Under the pieces are notes generated by a model. That model saw only the letters and a program-made list of their open reading frames with translations, did no database searches and was not told the DNA's origin. Shown one piece after another: positions 35,743-42,204 of a stretch of 42,204 nt of DNA; within the stretch, counting starts at the first letter, position 1; every line of letters begins with the position of its first letter. The stretch comes from a virus (Duplodnaviria > Caudoviricetes): positions 1 to 42,204 of the IMG/VR virus record IMGVR_UViG_3300039216_000097; one strand, written 5' to 3'. Made by a program: the position numbers and the translations under genes.

Positions 35743-36137
35743 CAGTTCACCTTCCCGCGAATACCATAGGTTCCGTTTTTGACCGCGGCCCGCAGCGCCT
35801 CATGCACATCGTCAAACCCAACCCGCGATCTCGGGCTGGGCATTTCTTGCTGTTCGCCTGACTCCCGGTTCTTGGCCTCTGCGGTCGGCTTTTCATAAAG
35901 CGCCGGCTGCCCGCTCATCTGCACAATCCGGTCGAGCAGCAGTTTGCGCTCGGCGTTGCTGACCTCCAACTGCTCCTGTGTCTTGCGCCAGAGACCGAAG
36001 ACAGCTTCGTATTTTTCGCGGGCGGCGTCCTCCGCCTTGATGCGCGCCACTTCGCTCTGTGCCAGCATCTGTTGCGCCGCCAAACGCAAATGCTCGGCGG
36101 CCTCAAACTCTGCGCGGCTTACCCACGGAAATCTCAC
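35742..36137 (-). CDS. Hypothetical coiled-coil protein
   Basis: Stop overlaps the portal start; heptad-like pattern. Confidence 0.65.
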   Translation of the reverse strand: MRFPWVSRAEFEAAEHLRLAAQQMLAQSEVARIKAEDAAREKYEAVFGLWRKTQEQLEVSNAERKLLLDRIVQMSGQPALYEKPTAEAKNRESGEQQEMPSPRSRVGFDDVHEALRAAVKNGTYGIRGKVN

Positions 36138-36581
36138 CTAACGCCTCCGGTTCCATGGCTTGAATTCCAGCATCTCCGCCACTGAAGGGAAACTCCCTTG
36201 AAACTGCATCGCCCGATCATCAATCAGCAAGTGCGACGGCGGCTTCAGCAGCGGGAAGCGAATTTTTCCCAACTTGTGTTTCGGGAACCCCCACTTCACC
36301 AGCCAGCGCTTCATTGCCGCCCGCGCACCCCAGTACCGAGCCCGCGAACTGAAAATGCAAACGTCAAACTCGCGAAAACGCGGCGCCATAGTGCAAACGG
36401 AGTCACCATCTTCAACCAGCGAATCGAGCCACTCGATGGCGCCCGGCACTGGCGGGTCCGGCAGCGTCGTAGCACCCTTCCAGCCAGAGGTGTAACTATG
36501 CAGCACTCCGTCAAAATCAATGGCCAAGACCGGCGTGCGGGCCGGTAAATCGTTGCTAATCAGGTTTTGCCGCGCCATCAT
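36138..36581 (-). CDS. HAD-superfamily phosphatase/nucleotidase-like protein
   Basis: IDFDGVL (motif I), IFSSR (II), KP (III) and IDDRA (IV). Confidence 0.85.
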   Translation of the reverse strand: MMARQNLISNDLPARTPVLAIDFDGVLHSYTSGWKGATTLPDPPVPGAIEWLDSLVEDGDSVCTMAPRFREFDVCIFSSRARYWGARAAMKRWLVKWGFPKHKLGKIRFPLLKPPSHLLIDDRAMQFQGSFPSVAEMLEFKPWNRRR

Positions 36582-36599
36582 TATCCCCAATTCAGGTGC

Positions 36600-36899
36600 C
36601 TATCCTTTGCGCTTCATTGCAATTCCCGCAAACTTTTTGCGTACCGCGGCTCTGTCTTCAGGCGTTCCGTTCGGCATTGCAATAGCGATTGCCGGGGCCT
36701 TCCCGTTCGATGTGGCTGTGGCTGTGGCAGTAGCGTTCTTTGTCGCTTCCGTCGACGTTTTTGTAGAGGTCGGAGAACCTCCCGTAGAAGTTCCTCCCGT
36801 AGATGGCAGGGACGGTGGTGGGCTGCCGGCAGATGGCCACTTCACATCAAAGGTTTCCGGTGGTCCCTTTGGTTCATCCCTTATTGGTTTCTTCATCAT
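36600..36899 (-). CDS. Low-complexity T/P/S-rich basic protein
   Basis: GAGG RBS before ATG 36899; fills the gap between neighbouring genes. Confidence 0.55.
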   Translation of the reverse strand: MMKKPIRDEPKGPPETFDVKWPSAGSPPPSLPSTGGTSTGGSPTSTKTSTEATKNATATATATSNGKAPAIAIAMPNGTPEDRAAVRKKFAGIAMKRKG

Positions 36900-36904
36900 T
36901 GGCC

Positions 36905-37309
36905 TCAGTACCACTCTGTGACGTTGATGACCGTTGCCAGCCCAGCTGAAGTAACCTGAGCTTTCGCGGTTCCCAGGGTGGCCGGGCCGCCAGGCCCTAC
37001 CGGCTGGCCGCCGCTGCCGCCGTTGCCGATCGGCACGGTGTTGGGTGGGTGGTCGCCAGTGTACCCGTTGATCCAATAGGGTTCTCCAGGCTCTCCAGCC
37101 GTGGGCTTGGCAATGGTCACCGTCGGCCCTACCGCATTGCGCCCAAAACCTTGAGGCGTCAGTTCTTGGATGACCAACCCTTGAAAAGCGCCAGCATTCG
37201 GGGCGCCATCTTCTTCGATCTTCATCCGGCTCGACACGCGCGTGCAGCGCACAATCGTCGGAGTTCCCCCCACCGCCGGAACATTGTATTGCGTCACCAC
37301 CTGACCCAT
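36905..37309 (-). CDS. Putative small structural protein
   Basis: GGAGGG RBS; G/P/T-rich beta-type sequence. Confidence 0.6.
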   Translation of the reverse strand: MGQVVTQYNVPAVGGTPTIVRCTRVSSRMKIEEDGAPNAGAFQGLVIQELTPQGFGRNAVGPTVTIAKPTAGEPGEPYWINGYTGDHPPNTVPIGNGGSGGQPVGPGGPATLGTAKAQVTSAGLATVINVTEWY

Positions 37310-37335
37310 CACACCCTCCAAACCGCAAACTTAAA

Positions 37336-37580
37336 TTGCTGTGCGTGTTTCACAAGGGATTTCGTGGGCCCCGTCCGCGCATCTCGCGCGACACCATGCG
37401 CACAGCAAACCGATTGCTGGTAGGGCTGTCAAGGCCCTCTTGACCGTCAGGCCGGCGTCCCGGCGTTGGCTTACAGATGGAGGTCCACCCTACACACCCC
37501 AGTCATCCAGCAAGCCTGGCGGCGGGGTTGCTGAGGGGCTAGAGAAAGGAGAAGCTAACCACCCAGGACGCCGCCAAGGC
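37336..37580 (-). ncRNA. Candidate structured non-coding RNA (three abutting stem-closed domains)
   Basis: Stems 37336-37345/37399-37408, 37414-37420/37507-37513 and 37514-37524/37569-37580, with several internal hairpins; no credible ORF. Strand is assumed from the operon. Confidence 0.5.
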
Positions 37581-37592
37581 ACCTAAATCTTA

Positions 37593-38492
37593 TCAGAATC
37601 CCGCGCGCATCAGCAGCGCAGTGTTGCGATCGATCTCCAGTGCGGCCGCATCGTATGAGATGCCGTAGTGCGTTGCCACCATCTGCACAGCCTGCCCGCG
37701 GTCGATCAACGGCGCCAGTGCCGCCAGTTTCGGCGTCGTCACACTGGCTGGGGTGATTGTGCTCCCCTTGATGGTGGTAATCAACGCCAAAATCGCGCTG
37801 ATGCCGGTCACGGCCGCATTGATGGCCACGGTGACCTTTTGCTGGCTGGCCGCATTGGTGATGCGCGCCGCCTGCAGCAGCGCCGTGGTCACATTGCCCT
37901 GAAACGCTGTCGCCTGCGCCTGTAGCTGTTGTAGCGTCGTCGCGTTGGGGTTGGCCAGATAGGTTTTGGCCTGCGCTTCCACCAGGTTTGCCACCGCCGT
38001 AAACGTCGTTCCGGCCAAAAGGATCAAACCCGCGTTGGCCGGGTCCAGGGCTGCCACCGTCGCATCGATCGTCGTCGCGGCGCTCACGATGGTCGGCGTC
38101 CAGTTCACAATGTCCTGAGCCACCGTTGTGGCCGAGCAGGCCGAGCATGGCCAAACCAGCAGCAGCGAGATCAGCGCCAGCACGCCCAGCTTCGCCGTCG
38201 ATGCTCCCTGATCGGATGAAGCCGACGAAGCGCCGGGTGTGGCCACGGGGTTGTGAAGCAACGCCAAAATCGCTGTCACCGCGGCAATCACAGCCGAAAC
38301 CACCGGGTGCGTACCCAAAAACGAGGTGACCGCCGCCTGCACCGACGGGATGCCCAGCAACGATGTGAGCAGCGCAATGACTGCGCCAATGATCTTCGTC
38401 GAGTTCTTCATCTTGATTCCTTCCTCCACGGTGTCCACCGTGCTGTTAAGCTGCCGCAGCAGCCGTAGTTTTTGCATCAGCGAGATTCCCAT
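37593..38492 (-). CDS. Lysis-module membrane protein: two holin-like TM helices plus internal lipoprotein-like signal
   Basis: Two TM segments, then KLGVLALISLLLVWPCSAC; two RBS-preceded starts (38492 and 38411); near the endolysin. Confidence 0.6.
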   Translation of the reverse strand: MGISLMQKLRLLRQLNSTVDTVEEGIKMKNSTKIIGAVIALLTSLLGIPSVQAAVTSFLGTHPVVSAVIAAVTAILALLHNPVATPGASSASSDQGASTAKLGVLALISLLLVWPCSACSATTVAQDIVNWTPTIVSAATTIDATVAALDPANAGLILLAGTTFTAVANLVEAQAKTYLANPNATTLQQLQAQATAFQGNVTTALLQAARITNAASQQKVTVAINAAVTGISAILALITTIKGSTITPASVTTPKLAALAPLIDRGQAVQMVATHYGISYDAAALEIDRNTALLMRAGF

Positions 38493-38503
38493 TCTCGGTC
38501 CTT

Positions 38504-38881
38504 TCAAGCTGCGCGAAGCGGCCAGTGACAAACGCCAGGAGCCGGTTGATCGGCTACCTTTGCGCTCGTCACCCAATACGTGTCGTTGCCATCAAGAAAC
38601 ACTTGACCGTTGACGCCAATGGTGTCTCCCCACTCATATGGCCATGTAGCTGTGACGATCATGGGAAGAACCTGCCCCTCATATGCGGTGTTGCCAATGT
38701 GCGCTTGGGCGCCGAGCGGCCACTGGTCAGGAAAGTTTGTGCTTAGGCCAATCTCTGCATCGTTGTTATTGATGCGCCTAATGATCTCCTCTGACGTGGT
38801 GCGTCGTCTGTTGATTTTTTGTGCATCTTCCGCCGTTAAGGTGTAATGCAAAAAACGGCCAATGGTAGGTTGACTTGACAT
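38504..38881 (-). CDS. Conserved phage hypothetical protein
   Basis: PTIGR.LHY, P.IVT..W, VN.QVFLDG.D..W and HWP.R motifs; AAGGA RBS. Confidence 0.75.
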   Translation of the reverse strand: MSSQPTIGRFLHYTLTAEDAQKINRRRTTSEEIIRRINNNDAEIGLSTNFPDQWPLGAQAHIGNTAYEGQVLPMIVTATWPYEWGDTIGVNGQVFLDGNDTYWVTSAKVADQPAPGVCHWPLRAA

Positions 38882-38890
38882 ATGTTCCTT

Positions 38891-39382
38891 TCACGCCGCA
38901 TCGTAGGCGGCTTGCAGTTCGGCCACGTATACCGGGTCCGCCTTCACGCTGCCCGTGTTCCACACCTCGCCGATCTCGGCCAAATTCTTGGCCTTGCGGC
39001 ACCCAATGTCGTAGCGGTTGAAGTAATCCACGGCGCCTTCTATAAGCGCCGGCAAATCGTGCAGCAGCTGGTCCGGCGTGCAGCCGGGATAGTTCATAAA
39101 CATCAGTTGCCACGGTCCATAAGAGCAAGCCGCCGCGGCGCCGTGGCGCGTTACCAACTCCTGCTGTAGTGTACTTGTCTTGTACACCTTCCCGCCCACA
39201 TCGTAGGCAGGCTCGTGCCGAGGTCCGCAGTCGTGGCCAACAGCCTTCACGTCGCCGCCGCCCGATTCCGCCGCCGCCAGCGCCGTCAAGATCTTCACGC
39301 CATCGAGTCCGGCGGGCGCGTGCAGAAATCCGCCATATTGCCGGCAAGCCGCCAACACGTCTGCAACCGGAAAGCTATTCAT
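38891..39382 (-). CDS. Endolysin, lysozyme-like / lytic transglycosylase fold
   Basis: AAAESGG (catalytic Glu), R.EP.Y, SYG.WQLM, WN.G....Y; GAGGAG RBS before ATG 39382. Confidence 0.75.
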   Translation of the reverse strand: MNSFPVADVLAACRQYGGFLHAPAGLDGVKILTALAAAESGGGDVKAVGHDCGPRHEPAYDVGGKVYKTSTLQQELVTRHGAAAACSYGPWQLMFMNYPGCTPDQLLHDLPALIEGAVDYFNRYDIGCRKAKNLAEIGEVWNTGSVKADPVYVAELQAAYDAA

Positions 39383-39512
39383 CGCTCTCCTCTGCATCTT
39401 CCGCCGCAAAATCTTCCGGCGCATTGCAGTTCACAGGCCCATCTCCGCCAGGGGAGCCAGGGGTAGGCAATGGCTGCGGCGGCGCTCCAATTGGGGTGTT
39501 GCTTGTGCTCAT
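39375..39512 (-). CDS. 45-aa Pro-rich/acidic peptide (not in the ORF track)
   Basis: AAGGAG RBS and ATGA overlap; MSTSNTPIGAPPQPLPTPGSPGGDGPVNCNAPEDFAAEDAEESDE. Confidence 0.55.
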   Translation of the reverse strand: MSTSNTPIGAPPQPLPTPGSPGGDGPVNCNAPEDFAAEDAEESDE

Positions 39513-39874
39513 GGTTGGCTCCTTTGCGCATCGGCATAGATAGGGAATTTGTTCCTAGCATATGCCGGATCTGCATGATTCGTCGAGTGAATTCTCGGCA
39601 CAATCAGTTCTGAGCGATGACGATATTCCAGGGTTGTGAAGTACACCGTGGCCGCCGTGAAACCAAGTCCAAGAATTGTAGCGATGACCTTGGCCAGCAT
39701 CACCGATGTTTTCCCATAGGTTTTGATTTCGATCAGCTCATCGCGCATGGTGGCCACATCTGCAATCAGGCCCGGCTTCCCATTCCCGGCCAGCACAGAG
39801 TGGTGATTCATCAGCGTGCTGCGCATGACCGCAAACTGTTGCTCCGGTGTGCCATCGATTACAAAATCGCTCAT
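39509..39874 (-). CDS. Single-TM membrane protein (holin/XhlA-like)
   Basis: L.GNGKPGL, a coiled coil and a C-terminal TM; upstream of the endolysin. Alternative start at 39913. Confidence 0.55.
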   Translation of the reverse strand: MSDFVIDGTPEQQFAVMRSTLMNHHSVLAGNGKPGLIADVATMRDELIEIKTYGKTSVMLAKVIATILGLGFTAATVYFTTLEYRHRSELIVPRIHSTNHADPAYARNKFPIYADAQRSQP

Positions 39875-39909
39875 CCCTCGATCCTCGTGGTAGATTTTAT
39901 TGCAAAACG

Positions 39910-40179
39910 TCACTCACCGGCAGCCAGTTGCGCCGCCACCCAGTTTGCTTTTCCTGCATCCGATTGCGCTCGCACCGCCGCAATAGCTGTGTCGCTGGTC
40001 CAAGGTGTGGCGGCTACTGCATCGCCGTTGCTGTCTGTTTTGGCAGCCGGGGATGGCAGGTCATAGGTTGTGCTGTTGGCCGCGCACCATGCGCCCAGGC
40101 CGGTGCCGGTAGTGTCCCATTGTACTGAGACTGTGGCGCTGCCATCCGAATTCACTGTTACGGCAAATGTGTCGGCCAT
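39910..40179 (-). CDS. Small hypothetical protein after the tail fibre
   Basis: AGGAG RBS; 89 aa. Confidence 0.6.
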   Translation of the reverse strand: MADTFAVTVNSDGSATVSVQWDTTGTGLGAWCAANSTTYDLPSPAAKTDSNGDAVAATPWTSDTAIAAVRAQSDAGKANWVAAQLAAGE

Positions 40180-40188
40180 TCCCGTCTC

Positions 40189-42204
40189 CTAGTATCCAGG
40201 GCATGAATAGGTGATGTTGTAGGCGGTTGAAGCCGTCAGCGCCGTGCCCACATTGAGCGTCCAAACACTCGTGGTATAGGTAAACTGGTAATTCGTTAGG
40301 GCGGTGTAGGGTGAGGCTGCCAGCACAATCGAGGCTAAGCAATTCGGCAACTTGGCGTGCGCCTTTGCCGCGGTGATGGTCAGCAGCGTCCCCGTGGCTG
40401 TGCCGGTGCCCGTCGTCAGCGAGATCGTTCCCTCCGAGGCTGAACAGGTGTGGCTTGTGGCGCAGGCGATGGTTGGCGACGATCCCGCCCCTGCCGTTGC
40501 CGCCACCGTCGCCGCAATCGATGAACCGTAGCCGCCATTGATGACTGCATAGGATTGATCGGTTCCCCCAAGGGTAGATGTATAGCTCCCATTCCCTGTG
40601 GCACTGGCGCCGATAACGTATTCCGAAGTATCCGAGCTCGTGTTTTTTGGGTTTGACGACGCTCCTATAAAAATTGAATTCGTTGTCCCAGCAGAAATGG
40701 TGTTATAACCCGCCTTGAAACCAACCGCGACATTGTCCGACCCACTTACATTATTGTAAAGCGCTTGAAAACCCACTTCAACGTTACCCGAGGCGCCGTC
40801 AGAATACCCGGCTTGAGAACCAACCGCGACTGCATCGGATGAATTATTTACGTATATCGTAGCGTAGCCGATGGCAACATTATCCGGATTTGTTGTTATA
40901 CCTATACCGGCCTGATACCCCATGGCGGTTTCATCATAACCCGATATGTTGGCACTTAGGCATTGAGTACCTTCACAGGTGTTATCAATTCCAGATGTGT
41001 TGGCAACCAGGGCTTGATTCCCTACACCTGTGTTGCTGCTGCCTGTATCAACTTTTAAAGCACTATTTCCCACGGCGACGTCATTCAAAGCCGAGTTGCC
41101 AGCCAAATAGCCAAGCGACAGGTAACTATGATTCGCCCAAGCCTCGGTCAACGTCCCGCTCGTGGTCACCGGCGAGTTGGTAATCGTAAATGCTGAAGGC
41201 GCCGAAAGTCCAACGCTCGTCACCGTTCCCGAGCCACCGCCGCCGCAGGCCGCCCCGGTGTTTGTCACCACGCCCGCCGTCGAGATCTGCAAGCAACTCG
41301 TCGTCGAGGCCGCCTCGATGCCCGTCAGCGTCACCGTGCTGCTTCCCGCCAGCGTCGTCGCACTCACCGATCCGCCAGACAGGTTCGTCGCCGTCACCGC
41401 ATTTGTAGCGTTGACCGCGTTCGTCGCGTTCGTCACCGCCGTCGCCCCGATCCCCGACACAATCTGCGCCGCCGTCGCCACCGTCAGCGCCGACGTGCCG
41501 TTGCCGTAGAGCACCCCCGTCAGCGTCCCAGCTTCACCCGTGCCGCCCTGGGCCGCGCTCAGCGGCGTCGTCAAGCCGGTCAACGACGTGATGTTGCTGT
41601 TCGCCCCGCTCGTCGCCAGGCTCGCCGGGAAGCTCGTCAGGTTCGCCGCGCTGAACGTCGGCGCCGTCTGGTAGCTCGGCGCACCCGCCCCACCCGTCGC
41701 CGGCCCGGCCAGCACGCTGTTCTGCGCCGCATTCGCCAGCGCGGCCGTCAACGTCCCGCTGGTTGTCACTGCCACGCTCGGCGTCGATGACAGCACCGTG
41801 CCATCGCCCGTGAACGTCACGCTCGTTACCGTGCCGCTGCCCGTGCCGGTTCCGCAGGCCGCCCCAGTGTTTGTCACCACGCCCGCCGTGCTGATCTGCA
41901 AGCAACTCGTCGTCGTAGCCGCCTTGATCCCCGTCAGCGTCACCGTGCTGCTCCCCGCCAGCGTCGTCGCACTCACCGACCCGCCAGACAGGTTCGTCGC
42001 CGTCACCGCATTCGTCGCGTTCGCCACCGCCGTCGTCCCGATCCCTGAAACGATCTGCGCCGCCGTCGCCACCGTCAGCGCCGAAGTGCCATTGCCATAG
42101 AGCACCCCCGTCAGCGTCCCAGCTTCGCCCGTGCCGCCCTGGGCCGCGCTCAGCGGCGTCGTCAAGCCGGTCAACGACGTGATGTTGCTGTTCGCCCCGC
42201 TCGT
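40189..42204 (-). CDS. Tail fibre / receptor-binding protein (5'-partial)
   Basis: T/G/A-rich repeats, GSGTVTSV linkers and N.A.G..AL beta-roll repeats; the frame stays open to the window edge. Confidence 0.8.
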   Translation of the reverse strand, partial: TSGANSNITSLTGLTTPLSAAQGGTGEAGTLTGVLYGNGTSALTVATAAQIVSGIGTTAVANATNAVTATNLSGGSVSATTLAGSSTVTLTGIKAATTTSCLQISTAGVVTNTGAACGTGTGSGTVTSVTFTGDGTVLSSTPSVAVTTSGTLTAALANAAQNSVLAGPATGGAGAPSYQTAPTFSAANLTSFPASLATSGANSNITSLTGLTTPLSAAQGGTGEAGTLTGVLYGNGTSALTVATAAQIVSGIGATAVTNATNAVNATNAVTATNLSGGSVSATTLAGSSTVTLTGIEAASTTSCLQISTAGVVTNTGAACGGGGSGTVTSVGLSAPSAFTITNSPVTTSGTLTEAWANHSYLSLGYLAGNSALNDVAVGNSALKVDTGSSNTGVGNQALVANTSGIDNTCEGTQCLSANISGYDETAMGYQAGIGITTNPDNVAIGYATIYVNNSSDAVAVGSQAGYSDGASGNVEVGFQALYNNVSGSDNVAVGFKAGYNTISAGTTNSIFIGASSNPKNTSSDTSEYVIGASATGNGSYTSTLGGTDQSYAVINGGYGSSIAATVAATAGAGSSPTIACATSHTCSASEGTISLTTGTGTATGTLLTITAAKAHAKLPNCLASIVLAASPYTALTNYQFTYTTSVWTLNVGTALTASTAYNITYSCPGY
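41243..42204 (-). repeat. About 360-bp near-identical internal duplication (41243-41613 vs 41852-42204)
   Basis: Offset 609 then 591 bp, i.e. one 18-bp indel, with few substitutions. Confidence 0.9.

Noticed and set aside
37414-37500. Multi-stem junction with CTGACG resembling a hammerhead core
   Set aside because: It lacks the complete CUGANGA and the GAAA strand of the core.
41243-42204. Duplicated fibre segment as a DGR template/variable repeat pair
   Set aside because: Both copies are in the same ORF, the differences are not adenine-specific, and no reverse transcriptase is in the window.
40189-42204. Thr-rich fibre repeats as a second ice-binding or ice-nucleation protein
   Set aside because: There is no regular TxT or AGYGSTxT periodicity; the composition is ordinary for tail fibres.

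Overview
The whole window reads as part of a tailed-phage or prophage genome, most consistent with a podovirus with a P22-like virion module. No host housekeeping genes, rRNA, tRNA, CRISPR array or integrase are visible. The + strand (1-5406) is an accessory/early cluster: LRV-repeat protein, zinc-finger proteins, a degenerate response-regulator receiver, Gp37/Gp68 (DUF5131), an ASCH-like protein and a Fis-type HTH. It converges on a ~37 kb - strand late operon whose order is: tail fibre (5'-partial), lysis genes, HAD protein, portal, scaffold, major capsid, adaptor, a DUF3494 ice-binding-domain structural protein, tail hub, three ejection proteins, a multi-enzyme 'polyvalent' protein, TerS, and TerL interrupted by an intein. 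The main candidates for novelty are: (1) an ice-binding domain grafted into a signal-less protein in the head-tail module; (2) a 712-aa protein fusing a degenerate RelA/SpoT-like domain, an Acb1-like 2H phosphoesterase, an SH3-like domain and a HAD phosphatase directly after the ejection genes; (3) a class 3 (WCT) intein that starts with Arg; (4) a ~245-nt highly structured intergenic RNA with an anti-Shine-Dalgarno loop; (5) duplicated boxB-like hairpins in the early region. An Acidobacteriota host is a tentative inference only. All protein calls are from motif recognition and synteny by eye; no database searches were run.
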